Below, piece after piece: positions 30,815 to 39,551 of a stretch of DNA of 64,000 nt (within the stretch, counting starts at the first letter, position 1; each line of letters starts with the position of its first letter). Source of the stretch: an uncultured Candidatus Rokubacteria bacterium (GTDB taxonomy: Bacteria; Methylomirabilota; Methylomirabilia; Rokubacteriales; CSP1-6); assembly GCA_963747235.1 (NCBI GenBank), contig CAVVEU010000008.1, forward strand, positions 640,001 to 704,000, read 5' to 3'. Made by a program: the position numbers and the translations under genes. The notes under the pieces are model-generated. The model saw only the letters and a program-made list of their open reading frames with translations. It had not been told where the DNA came from and made no database searches.

Positions 30815-31843
30815 ATGCGGCTCGGACTGAATATCGGCTACTCGCGCTCGCAGCTCGGCATCGACCTGTCGCTGGTCCAGCACGCGGACCGGCTGGGCTT
30901 CCACTCGGTGTGGTCGGCCGAAGCCTATGGCTCGGACGCGGTCTCGCCGCTCTGCTGGATCGCGGCCCAGACCTCGCGCATCAAGGTCGGCACCGCGATC
31001 ATGCAGATCCCGGCCCGCACCCCGACGCTCACCGCCACCACCGCGATGACGATCGACCAGCTCTCGGGCGGCCGCTTCATTCTCGGCCTGGGCGTGTCGG
31101 GCCCCCAGGTCGTCGAAGGCTGGCACGGCGTGGCCTTCGGCAAGCCGCTGGCCAAGACGCGTGAGTACGTGGATATCGTCAGGATGGTGTGGCGGCGCGA
31201 GCGCCCGGTCGAGCACAAGGGCGAGTACTACCAGATCCCGTACGCGGGGCCCGACGCGACCGGGCTCGGCAAGCCGCTCAAGTCCATCCTGCACGGCCGC
31301 GCCGACATCCCGATCTACCTCGCCGCGATCGGTCCGAGGAACGTGGCGCTCGCCGCCGAGATCGCCGACGGGCTCCTGCCCGTGTTCTTCTCGCCGGAGC
31401 GGATGGCGGTGTTCACCCCGAGCCTCGAGGCCGGCTTCAAGGCGGCGGGCGGCGGGAAGTCGCTCGCGAGCTTCGACATCGCGCCGACCGTGCCGATCGT
31501 GCTGGGCCCGGACGCGGCCGCCTGCCGCGCGATGGTGAAGCCGCGCCTGGCGCTCTACGTGGGCGGCATGGGCGCCCGGGGCAAGAACTTCTACAACGAG
31601 CTGGTGACGCGGTACGGCTACGAGGCGGACGCCAAGCGCATCCAGGATCTCTACCTGGGCGGCAAGAAGGACGAGGCGGCGGCCGCGGTGCCCGACGCGC
31701 TCGTGGACGAGGTCGCGCTCTGCGGGCCCAAGGAGCGGATCCGGGAGCGGCTGCCGCGCTGGAAGAGCTCCGGCATCACCACGCTGATCTGCGGCGCGGT
31801 GCAGGCGGAAGCGCTCGAGCTGATGGCCGAGCTGGTGCTCTAG
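30815..31843 (+). CDS. LLM-class (probably F420-dependent) oxidoreductase
   Basis: [33 protein letters not shown] and LYVGGMG motifs. Confidence 0.88.
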   Translation: MRLGLNIGYSRSQLGIDLSLVQHADRLGFHSVWSAEAYGSDAVSPLCWIAAQTSRIKVGTAIMQIPARTPTLTATTAMTIDQLSGGRFILGLGVSGPQVVEGWHGVAFGKPLAKTREYVDIVRMVWRRERPVEHKGEYYQIPYAGPDATGLGKPLKSILHGRADIPIYLAAIGPRNVALAAEIADGLLPVFFSPERMAVFTPSLEAGFKAAGGGKSLASFDIAPTVPIVLGPDAAACRAMVKPRLALYVGGMGARGKNFYNELVTRYGYEADAKRIQDLYLGGKKDEAAAAVPDALVDEVALCGPKERIRERLPRWKSSGITTLICGAVQAEALELMAELVL

Positions 31844-31846
31844 GCG

Positions 31847-32341
31847 GTGAAGCCGGCGGTCCAGAAGGTGCAGGCGGCGATCGCCGAGCACGGCCTCGAT
31901 CGGCAGGTGATCGAGCTGGAGGTCCACGCGCGGACCTCGCAGCAGGCCGCCGACGCGCTGGGCGTCACCGTCGGCCAGATCGTGAAGTCGCTCGTCTTCA
32001 CCGTGGATGGGCGCCCGCTGCTGGTCGTCGCCTCGGGCGCCAACCGGGTGGACGAGCGGCGGCTGGGTGAGGTGGCGGGCGGCCGGATCCGTCGCGCCGA
32101 TCCGGACACCGTGAAGCAGGCCACCGGGTACTCCATCGGCGGGGTGCCACCGATCGGGCTCGCGAGCCCGCTGGCGGTGTACGTGGACCGCGACCTGCTC
32201 GGCTACGAGCTGGTCTACGCGGCGGCGGGGCTGCCGGAGTGCGTCTTCCCGCTCGCGCCCGATGAGCTGGTGCGGGCGACGGGCGGGCAGGTCGTGGACA
32301 TCAAGGAAGCCGGGCGTCATTCGAAAGGAGCGCAGCCATGA
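31847..32341 (+). CDS. YbaK/EbsC family aminoacyl-tRNA editing protein
   Basis: QIVKSLVF, SGANRVD and TGYSIGGVPPIG motifs. Confidence 0.9.
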   Translation: MKPAVQKVQAAIAEHGLDRQVIELEVHARTSQQAADALGVTVGQIVKSLVFTVDGRPLLVVASGANRVDERRLGEVAGGRIRRADPDTVKQATGYSIGGVPPIGLASPLAVYVDRDLLGYELVYAAAGLPECVFPLAPDELVRATGGQVVDIKEAGRHSKGAQP

Positions 32342-33099
32342 GACTCAAGGACAAGGTAGCCCTGATCACGGGGGCGGGCTCGGGCATCGGACAGGCGACG
32401 GCGGTGCTCTTCGCGCGCGAGGGCGCGAAGGTCGCGGTCGTGGATCTGCGAGAAGACGCGGCGAAGGCGACCGCCGAGCAGATCGAGAAGAGCGGGGGCC
32501 AGGCCCTGCCGATCCGGGCCGACGTCTCGAAGTCGGCGGACAACCAGGCCGCCATCCAGCAGGCGGTGGCGCGCTGGGGCCGGCTCGACGTCTTCTACGC
32601 CAACGCGGGCGTGCCGCAGTTCCCGACTCCGGTGGAGAGCGTGGACGAGGCGGTGTTCGATCAGATCATGGCGGTGAACGTGAAGGGCGTGTTCCTGGCC
32701 GCCAAGCACGTGATGCCGGTCTTCAAGAAGCAGAAGAGTGGCGTGCTGCTCATCACCGGCTCGACCTCGGGCCTGCGCCCGCGGCCGGGCGTGCAGTGCT
32801 ACTCGGCCTCGAAGGGCGCGGTGCACACCATGGCCGCGAGCCTCGCGCTCGAGTTCGCCGCGTTCGGCGCGCGGGTGGTCGCGATCGCCCCGGTGGCGAC
32901 CGAGACCCCGATGCTCGCCACCTTCATGGGCAAGAAGCAGGTGGACGAGGAGGGCATGACCCGCTACCGCGGCACCGTGCCGCTCGGGCGGCTCAACAAG
33001 CCGGAGGATCTGGCCGCCGCGGCCCTCTTCCTCGCCTCCGACGACGCCGCGATGATCACGGGCAGCGTGTTCCCGGTGGACGGGGGGCGTTGCATCTAG
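32338..33099 (+). CDS. Short-chain dehydrogenase/reductase
   Basis: TGAGSGIG, NAG, YSASK and VDGG motifs. Confidence 0.92.
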   Translation: MRLKDKVALITGAGSGIGQATAVLFAREGAKVAVVDLREDAAKATAEQIEKSGGQALPIRADVSKSADNQAAIQQAVARWGRLDVFYANAGVPQFPTPVESVDEAVFDQIMAVNVKGVFLAAKHVMPVFKKQKSGVLLITGSTSGLRPRPGVQCYSASKGAVHTMAASLALEFAAFGARVVAIAPVATETPMLATFMGKKQVDEEGMTRYRGTVPLGRLNKPEDLAAAALFLASDDAAMITGSVFPVDGGRCI

Positions 33100-33100
33100 C

Positions 33101-33140
33101 TCTTACCCTCTCCCTTCTGGGGAGAGGGTAGGGTGAGGGG
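33101..33140. repeat. REP-like hairpin (CCCTCTCCC...GGGAGAGGG..GGGTGAGGGG type)
   Basis: TACCCTCTCCC-TTCTG-GGGAGAGGGTA 11-bp stem followed by GGGTGAGGGG. Confidence 0.75.
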
Positions 33141-33190
33141 CGAGATTGGGCGAGGGGTCGCGATTGGGCGATCGGGCGTCGGGTCCGAGG

Positions 33191-33218
33191 TGCGGGGGCG
33201 CAGAAATGGCCCCCGCAC
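33191..33218 (+). repeat. Repeat family B hairpin core
   Basis: TGCGGGGGCGCAGAAATGGCCCCCGCAC. Confidence 0.9.
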
Positions 33219-33265
33219 CGTGGGCACACGAACGCATGAGCTCTGGGAACTGTCCATTGTTTGTA

Positions 33266-33314
33266 TGCGGGGGCCCAGACATGGCCCCCGCACTCCCCCA
33301 CTGGCGGACAACCG
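33266..33314 (+). repeat. Repeat family B full copy (intergenic)
   Basis: TGCGGGGGCCCAGACATGGCCCCCGCACTCCCCCACTGGCGGACAACCG. Confidence 0.92.
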
Positions 33315-33330
33315 TTTCGAAAGCGGGGGC

Positions 33331-34302
33331 GTGCGCATGATCGTCACTCCGCTGGCGGCCGAGTCTCTCGGCGTCAGGTCGATGGCGACGTACGTGGAGT
33401 GTGGGGCGACGCGGGTGCTGATCGATCCGGGCGCGATGCTGGCGCCCAACCGCTTCAACCTGGCGCCGGGAGAGGAGGAGTGGGAGGCGCTCCGGCGCGC
33501 CAACGATCGCATCTCGGCGTACGCGACGCGCGCCTCGATGGTCTTCGTGAGCCACTACCACGAGGATCATTTCCGCCACGATCCCGGCTTCTACGCGGGG
33601 CGGCCGCTCTGGGCCAAGGATTCCAAGCGGCACGTCGAGGGCCGGCAGGCCCAGCGGGCGGCCGCGCTCTGGCGCGCGCTCAAGGGCCACGCCGAGCCGC
33701 TCGCGGCCGAGGGGCGCCGGCTCGAGACGGCGGACGCGGTGCTCCAGGCCTCGCCGCCGCTCGGCCACGGCGCCGACGGGACCGCGCTCGGCTACGTCGT
33801 GGCGCTCACCATCGAGGACCGGCGCGAGGGCACGCGCTTCGTCCACGCCTCCGACGTGCAGGGGCCGCTGTCACCCGTGGCCGCCGCCTACCTGGCGCGC
33901 CAGCGCCCCACGCTGCTCTATCTCTCCGGCCCGCCCGCGTATCTCGAGTCGCAGATCGGCTCCGAGCTCATCGATCGCGGCATCGACCACCTGCTCCGCA
34001 TCATCGATCAGACCGGCTGTCGCGTGATCTTCGATCACTACGCGCTGCGGGACGCCGCGTACCCGGAGCGCTTCCGGCGGCTGTGGGAGACCGGCCGCGT
34101 GGTGACCGCGGCCGGCTACCTCGGGCTCGCGGACGCGCCGCTCGAAGCGCGCCGGCTCGAGCTCTGGCCGGGACGGCGGAAGCCGCCGATGCCGGTGCGG
34201 CCGTCGCGGGCCCGTGGGATGGCCGAGGCCGGCGGTGCGCAGCCGCCCGCGCGCGCCACGTTCAATCCCCGGCGAGGGCTTCGCCGGGCGAAGGAGGGAT
34301 GA
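33331..34302 (+). CDS. MBL-fold metallohydrolase, UPF0282/COG2248-like
   Basis: PLAAESLGVRSMATYVE, LIDPG, SHYHEDH, HASDVQGP and DHYALRD. Confidence 0.75.
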   Translation: MRMIVTPLAAESLGVRSMATYVECGATRVLIDPGAMLAPNRFNLAPGEEEWEALRRANDRISAYATRASMVFVSHYHEDHFRHDPGFYAGRPLWAKDSKRHVEGRQAQRAAALWRALKGHAEPLAAEGRRLETADAVLQASPPLGHGADGTALGYVVALTIEDRREGTRFVHASDVQGPLSPVAAAYLARQRPTLLYLSGPPAYLESQIGSELIDRGIDHLLRIIDQTGCRVIFDHYALRDAAYPERFRRLWETGRVVTAAGYLGLADAPLEARRLELWPGRRKPPMPVRPSRARGMAEAGGAQPPARATFNPRRGLRRAKEG

Positions 34303-34306
34303 GGCG

Positions 34307-34774
34307 ATGAGCGAGGACAAGGCCCCGGGCGTGGGCGATGCCGCGCCGGACTTCACGCTGAAGACGATCGGGCTCCGGGACGTGAGCCTCAAGAGCTTCC
34401 GGGGCAAGAACGTGGTGCTGCTCTTCTACCCGCTCGACTGGACGCCCGGCTGCTCGACCTGCATGCCCGCCTTCGACCGGCGCATCAAGGAGTTCGACGC
34501 GACACAGACCCAGGTGCTGGGGATCAGCACGGACAGCCCCTTCAGCCACGAGGCCTGGGCGAAGTCGGTCGGCATCTCGAACTACCCGCTCCTCTCGGAC
34601 ATCCACCGGACCACCAGCCGGGCCTACGGCGTCTACTGGCCGGACTGGAACGCGAACGTGCGGGCGACCTTCGTGATCGACAAGCAGGGCACGATCCGCG
34701 TCGTCGAGCGTTACGGCAGGAGCGAGCTGCCGAATCCCGACAAGATCCTCGCCGAGGTCAAGAAGCTGCCCTAG
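34307..34774 (+). CDS. Peroxiredoxin (AhpC/TSA, AhpE-like)
   Basis: GDAAPDFTL, FYPLDWTPGC, GISTD, LLSD and RATFVIDK. Confidence 0.88.
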   Translation: MSEDKAPGVGDAAPDFTLKTIGLRDVSLKSFRGKNVVLLFYPLDWTPGCSTCMPAFDRRIKEFDATQTQVLGISTDSPFSHEAWAKSVGISNYPLLSDIHRTTSRAYGVYWPDWNANVRATFVIDKQGTIRVVERYGRSELPNPDKILAEVKKLP

Positions 34775-35672
34775 GCTCGCGCGGGGCCTGGGTCGTCAGG
34801 GCGACCCCCAGGAGCACGAGGGCGCCGCCCACGATCTCCGGCCACTCGACCGCCTCGTGCAGCATCGCCCACGCCAGCGCCACGCCCACCACCGGCTGCA
34901 GGTTCATGAAGATCGCGGCGCGGCTCGGGCCGACCGCCTTGACGCCCTCGTACCACCACACGTGGGCGATCGCACCCAGGAACGCCTGGTAGAGCACGAC
35001 CCCCCACGCGGTCTGCGACGTGAAGTCGGGGCGGGGGAAGAAGGGGGCGGCCACCAGCGCCATCGGCAGGAGCATGGCCGAGCCGAGGATGTAGGAGGCG
35101 GTGGTGGCCACCGCCGGGGAGTGCACCGCGAGCACCTGCTTGCCGTAGATCGTGTAGGCGCTCCAGCCCGCCTGCGAGACGATCAGGATGAAGTCGCCGG
35201 GCATCAGCTCGAGATGGATGATTGCGCGCCAGCTCCCGCGCGTGATGACCAGCAGCACGCCCGCCATCGAGGCTGCCACCCCCGCCCACTGGCGCCGCCG
35301 TAGCCGCTCCTTCAAATAGAACCGAGCGCCCAGCGCCACCATCACCGGCGTGGCCGCCTGCAGGATGGCGGCATTGGCCGCGGTGCTGAGCGCGATGCCG
35401 AGATAGGTGCCGCCGGTGGAGACGAACAGCCCGGTGAAGCCCAGGAACGCGAAGGTGCGCAGGTCGGCCGCGCGCAGCTCGCGAAACTCCTCCCAGCCGC
35501 GGCGGAAGAGCAGCACCGTGAGGAACGCGGAGGCCAGCGTGCAGCGCAGCGAGACCAGCACGTAGGGTGGGAAGTGGGCGAGGGCGAGCTTGGCGAACGC
35601 GGGATAGGAGCCCCAGAGCCCGGAGATCAGGGTGAGGGCGACGTAGGCCCGCGTTTGACCGGGGTCCGGCAC
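34758..35672 (-). CDS. DMT/EamA family transporter
   Basis: About ten TM segments, two EamA repeats, GPSRAAIFMNLQPV. Confidence 0.88.
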   Translation of the reverse strand: MPDPGQTRAYVALTLISGLWGSYPAFAKLALAHFPPYVLVSLRCTLASAFLTVLLFRRGWEEFRELRAADLRTFAFLGFTGLFVSTGGTYLGIALSTAANAAILQAATPVMVALGARFYLKERLRRRQWAGVAASMAGVLLVITRGSWRAIIHLELMPGDFILIVSQAGWSAYTIYGKQVLAVHSPAVATTASYILGSAMLLPMALVAAPFFPRPDFTSQTAWGVVLYQAFLGAIAHVWWYEGVKAVGPSRAAIFMNLQPVVGVALAWAMLHEAVEWPEIVGGALVLLGVALTTQAPREPRAAS

Positions 35673-35684
35673 CCGCCTATGATA
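35655..35684. promoter_or_regulatory. Overlapping divergent promoters
   Basis: Plus strand TTGACC-17bp-TATGAT. Minus strand TATCAT 6 nt before the GTG at 35672. Confidence 0.55.
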
Positions 35685-35695
35685 GCGCGGCCCCC

Positions 35696-36167
35696 ATGGC
35701 GGACTACATTCTCGAGCGCCGCGTGTGGCTTCCGCGTCCGCGCGCCGTGGTGTTCGAGTTCTTCGCGGACCCGCGCAACCTCGAGCAGCTCCATCCCGCC
35801 TGGGCGCGGCCCCGCTGGCTGACTCCGCCGCCCGCCCGGCTCGCCGCCGGCGTCGTCCTCGACTTCCGCGCGGCGTGGCTGCCGGGGCGCTGGCGCGTGA
35901 TCGTCCGCGAGTTCGACGCGCCCTACCGCTTCGTGGACGCGCAGGTCAAGGGCCCGTTCGCGCGCTGGGAGCACCGCCACCGGTTCACGGAAGGCGCGGA
36001 GGGAGAGGGCGGCACCTGGGTGGAAGACCGCGTGACCTATCGCCCGCCGCTGGGCCCGCTGGGCCGGCTCGCGCACGCGCCTCGGCGCGGGCGCGCGCGT
36101 GCGGGCGCTCTTCGAGTACCGCGACCGCCGCCTCCGCGAGCTGTTCGGCGGTCCTGACAAGACGTAG
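35696..36167 (+). CDS. SRPBCC (START-like) family protein (frame break near 36085)
   Basis: VFEFFADPRNL, RFVDAQVKGPFARWEHRHRF and DRVTY. Confidence 0.8.
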
Positions 36168-36191
36168 ACCGAGTGCCCCGGTCCGCTCCGA

Positions 36192-36258
36192 GCGCGGGCT
36201 CCGCCCGCGCATCCTGCTTTGGGGGGAGGTTCGGCAGGGGGGCGTAGCCCCCCTCCGA
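36192..36258. repeat. Two GC-rich hairpins with triloops between convergent genes (REP-like or terminator)
   Basis: GCGCGGGC-TCC-GCCCGCGC and AGGGGGGC-GTA-GCCCCCCT. Confidence 0.7.
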
Positions 36259-36260
36259 GT

Positions 36261-37268
36261 TTAACTCGCGGCGGGCAGGTCGATGCCGAGGGCGGAGAGG
36301 CGCGGGCGCACCCGCTCGGTGAGCAGCCCGATCCGGGCGAGGTTGTTCACCATCGAGGCGTGCATGTCGCGCTTGAAGTACTTCCGGTAGACCGCGTAGT
36401 CGTTCCGGGCCGCCACGTCGCGCCGGTAGACCTTCACCTCGTCGATCTGGGCCCGCGAGAAGCCGATGTCGCGATAGGCCTCGACCGGGAAGAAGCCGGT
36501 GAGCACCTTCTCGAGCGCGAGGCAGGTGAAGTCCTCCATCTCCTGGCGCTCCGCGTCGCTCGCCTCGCGGACGATGTCGGGCAGGGCCAGCATGCCGAAG
36601 CCCATGTGGCGCGACTCGTCCTGCAGGATGCGGGTGCACACCTGGCGGAGGAGCGGATCCGAGGCCGCCTCGCCCATCATCTTGAAGATGGCGACCGCGA
36701 AGGTCTCGGCCACGAGCTGGAGCGCGATGGTCTTGATGTACCAGCGCTTGTCGGTGAGGATCGCGTCGAAGAGCACGCGCTCGTTCTCGGGCATGGGGTA
36801 GTGGAGGCCCCCGAGGCGCGTCTGGATGTAGCGCTCCAGGACCTCGTTGTGGCGGGCCTCGTCCATGACCTGGGTGGCCTGGAAGAACTTCTCGTCGGTG
36901 CCCTGGACGATGTCCACCATCTGGCTGCAGGCCAGCATCGCGCCCTGCTCGCCGTAGACCAGCACCGAGAGCCGCCACGCCGCGATGCGGCGATTCAGCT
37001 CGACGCGGTCCTTCTCGGAGAGGCGCGCCCAGATCGGGCTGCCGTGGATGTCCACCAGCTCGTCGGAGAGCACGCGGCCGTCGGACGGCTCCGGGGTGTC
37101 CCAGGCGATGTCGCGGCTGGCGTTCCACTGGTCGCGCTTGGCCTTCTCGTAGAGGCTGCGCATGTCCTCGGCCTGGACCGAGTAGTCGAACTCGAACACG
37201 GTCTCGATGGTGCCGGGGATCACGCGACGTTCCATCTTGGGATCTGCCACCGGGATGTGCTCCGCCAT
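36261..37268 (-). CDS. Ferritin-like diiron protein (AurF/aldehyde decarbonylase-like)
   Basis: LYEKAKRDQWNA, YGEQGA, two ExxH motifs (DEARH and DESRH). Confidence 0.8.
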   Translation of the reverse strand: MAEHIPVADPKMERRVIPGTIETVFEFDYSVQAEDMRSLYEKAKRDQWNASRDIAWDTPEPSDGRVLSDELVDIHGSPIWARLSEKDRVELNRRIAAWRLSVLVYGEQGAMLACSQMVDIVQGTDEKFFQATQVMDEARHNEVLERYIQTRLGGLHYPMPENERVLFDAILTDKRWYIKTIALQLVAETFAVAIFKMMGEAASDPLLRQVCTRILQDESRHMGFGMLALPDIVREASDAERQEMEDFTCLALEKVLTGFFPVEAYRDIGFSRAQIDEVKVYRRDVAARNDYAVYRKYFKRDMHASMVNNLARIGLLTERVRPRLSALGIDLPAAS

Positions 37269-37293
37269 CGAGGGCCTCCTGGATGATGCGTGG

Positions 37294-37328
37294 AAACCGG
37301 AGAGTACTGTTTCTAGACTCTTCGGTTT
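37294..37328. promoter_or_regulatory. Candidate TetR operator
   Basis: AAACCGGAGAGT-11bp-ACTCTTCGGTTT inverted repeat (11/12 match) between divergent genes. Confidence 0.5.
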
Positions 37329-37367
37329 TATCACGGCGGTCGCGGCGCGGTCAAGTAGACTGGGCCG

Positions 37368-38030
37368 GTGAACGCCAGGCGCAAGGCGGCCCGGGCCCAG
37401 ATCCTCCGCGCCGCCGCGGATCTCTTCCGGGAGCGCGGCTACCAGGCCTCCACGGTGGAGCACATCGCGGCGCGCCTCGGGATGTCCAAGGCTTCGCTCT
37501 ACACCCACTTCCGGGCCAAGGAGGAGATGCTCGCCGCCATCTCGCGGGAGACCATCGAGACCTTCACCCGCGACCTCAACCTGGTGCTGGGCTCCCGGCT
37601 GGATCCCGCGGAGAAGCTGCGCCGCATGGTGCGGCAGCACGTGCGCTTCGTCATCGCCAACCGCTCCTTCCTGACCGTGTTCTTCGGCGAGGAGGCGAAC
37701 CTGCCCCCGCGATTCGCGCGCTCCCTGGCCGCCCAGAAGGACCGCTACGACAAGGGGGTCGAGCGCATCGTGCTGGACGGCGTGCGCGCCGGGGTCTTCC
37801 GGGACGTGCCGCCCCGGCTGGTGGTCTTCGGCGTGCTCGGGATGGTCAACTGGGTCCACAAGTGGTACAACCCGGCCGGCCGGTGGGGCGCCGAGGAGAT
37901 CTCGGCCGCGTTCCTCTCCCTGATCGAGGGCGGCCTCCTGCGCCGGAAGCGCCGCGGTCCCGGGCTGAGCGGGCGGCTGCGGCGGCTCGAGCGCGAGCTG
38001 CACGACGTCGCCCGCCAGCTCGATGCTTGA
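37368..38030 (+). CDS. TetR/AcrR family regulator (KstR2-like C-terminus)
   Basis: ILRAAADLFRERGYQASTVEHIAARLGMSKASLYTHFRAKEE and GMVNWVHKWYNP. Confidence 0.92.
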   Translation: MNARRKAARAQILRAAADLFRERGYQASTVEHIAARLGMSKASLYTHFRAKEEMLAAISRETIETFTRDLNLVLGSRLDPAEKLRRMVRQHVRFVIANRSFLTVFFGEEANLPPRFARSLAAQKDRYDKGVERIVLDGVRAGVFRDVPPRLVVFGVLGMVNWVHKWYNPAGRWGAEEISAAFLSLIEGGLLRRKRRGPGLSGRLRRLERELHDVARQLDA

Positions 38031-38907
38031 CCTGCTGGGCGCGCACATGTCCATCGCGGGCGGTCTCGCCCGCGCCCTGGAGCGCGGCCTGGAGGTGGGC
38101 TGCTCGGTGGTGCAGATCTTCCTCAAGAACCAGCGCCAGTGGACGGCCCGCCCGTACACCGACAGCGAGGTCCGGGAATTTCGCGCCGCCTGGAAGGCGT
38201 CCGGGATCCGCGTGGTCTTCGCCCACGCCAACTACCTGATCAACCTGGCCACGCCGGTGGCCGCGGAGTGGCGCCGCGCGGTGGACACCTTCCAGGACGA
38301 GCTGGAGCGGGCGGAGGCGCTCGGGCTGCCGTTCGTGGTGATCCATCCGGGCTCCCATCGCGAGACCGGGCTGGACGAGGGCATCCGGCGGGTGGCGCGC
38401 GCCATCGACGTGCTGCACGAGCGGACGCGCGGCTACGGGGTGCGCGTGGTGCTGGAGAACACCGCGGGCGGCGGCTCCACCATCGGCCGGTCCTTCGAGG
38501 AGCTGGCCGCGATGGTGGCCGCGGTGGACGAGCCCGCCCGCGTGGGCATCTGCCTCGACACCTGCCATCTCTACGCGGCGGGCTACGACATCCGCACCGC
38601 CGACGGCTACCGGAGCGCGATGGCGCGCTGCGGCCGGCTGCTCGGCACGCGGCGCGTGCGCGCGTTCCATCTCAACGACGCCCGCCAGCCGCTCGGCTCC
38701 GGCCTCGATCGCCACGAGAAGATCGGCCGCGGCCACCTGGGCGTGGAGACCTTCCGCCGGCTGATGAACGACCGGCGCTTCGCCCGGGTGCCGATGGCGC
38801 TCGAGACGCCGAAGGACCCGGAGCCGCGCGCGGATCGCGAAGCCCTCGCGCTGTTGAGGAGCCTGCGCCGGGCAGAGCGGCGCCCTGCCCGGTCGACCCT
38901 TCGCTAG
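38023..38907 (+). CDS. nfo: Endonuclease IV
   Basis: LGAHMSIAGG, HANYLINL, HPGSH, ENTAG, DTCH, HLND and DRHE motifs. Confidence 0.95.
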   Translation: MLDLLGAHMSIAGGLARALERGLEVGCSVVQIFLKNQRQWTARPYTDSEVREFRAAWKASGIRVVFAHANYLINLATPVAAEWRRAVDTFQDELERAEALGLPFVVIHPGSHRETGLDEGIRRVARAIDVLHERTRGYGVRVVLENTAGGGSTIGRSFEELAAMVAAVDEPARVGICLDTCHLYAAGYDIRTADGYRSAMARCGRLLGTRRVRAFHLNDARQPLGSGLDRHEKIGRGHLGVETFRRLMNDRRFARVPMALETPKDPEPRADREALALLRSLRRAERRPARSTLR

Positions 38908-39551
38908 CGGGAGTGGACGACGCCGGTCCGCGGGCAGCCCGCGCGAATCGGGCACTCCGAGCAGCGCGGTGAGACGGGCAGGCAGATGTTCTGGCCGAAC
39001 GACACGAGCAGGTCGTTGTAGCCGATCCAGTAGCGGCGGGGCAGGGTACGGCGGAGCGCCATCTCGGTCTCCTCCGGGGTGCGCGTCTTGACGTAGCCCC
39101 AGCGGTTCGAGATCCGGTGCACGTGCACGTCCACGCAGATCCCCGGCTTGTTGAAGCCCTGCGTCACCACCAGGTTCGCGGTCTTGCGGCCCACACCCTT
39201 GAGCGTGAGCAGCGCGTCGATGTCGTCGGGCACGACGCCGCCGAAGCGCGCGAGCAGGTCGCGGCTGATCTCGCGGAGCACGCGCGCCTTCGTCCGGTAG
39301 AAGCCGACCGGGTAGATGGCCCGCTCGATCGCGCGCGGGGTGAGGCGGCGGATGCCCTCGGGCGTGTCGGCCAGCGCGAAGAGCCGCGCCGCCGCCGGTC
39401 CGGTGGTCTGGTCCTTGGTGCGGAGCGAGAGCAGGCAGGCGACGAGCACGCGGAAGGGATCGTGCCACTGCGCCGCCACCTCGGCCAGCGCGGTGATCCG
39501 CCACCCCGGCGCCTCGCGCCGCAGCCGCCGGATGGTGTGGCCGATGCTCAT
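38904..39551 (-). CDS. nth: Endonuclease III
   Basis: DPFRVLVACLLSLRTKD, HhH LKGVGRKTAN, VDVHVHR and the CxxxxxxCxxCxxxxxC cluster. Confidence 0.93.
   Translation of the reverse strand: MSIGHTIRRLRREAPGWRITALAEVAAQWHDPFRVLVACLLSLRTKDQTTGPAAARLFALADTPEGIRRLTPRAIERAIYPVGFYRTKARVLREISRDLLARFGGVVPDDIDALLTLKGVGRKTANLVVTQGFNKPGICVDVHVHRISNRWGYVKTRTPEETEMALRRTLPRRYWIGYNDLLVSFGQNICLPVSPRCSECPIRAGCPRTGVVHSR

Noticed and set aside
33191-33314. Mini-CRISPR array (two 28-bp palindromic repeats with a 47-nt spacer)
   Set aside because: Only two units, no cas genes, and the same repeat is dispersed elsewhere, including inside genes.
34307-34774. Selenocysteine recoding in the peroxiredoxin
   Set aside because: The active-site codon is TGC and there is no in-frame TGA.
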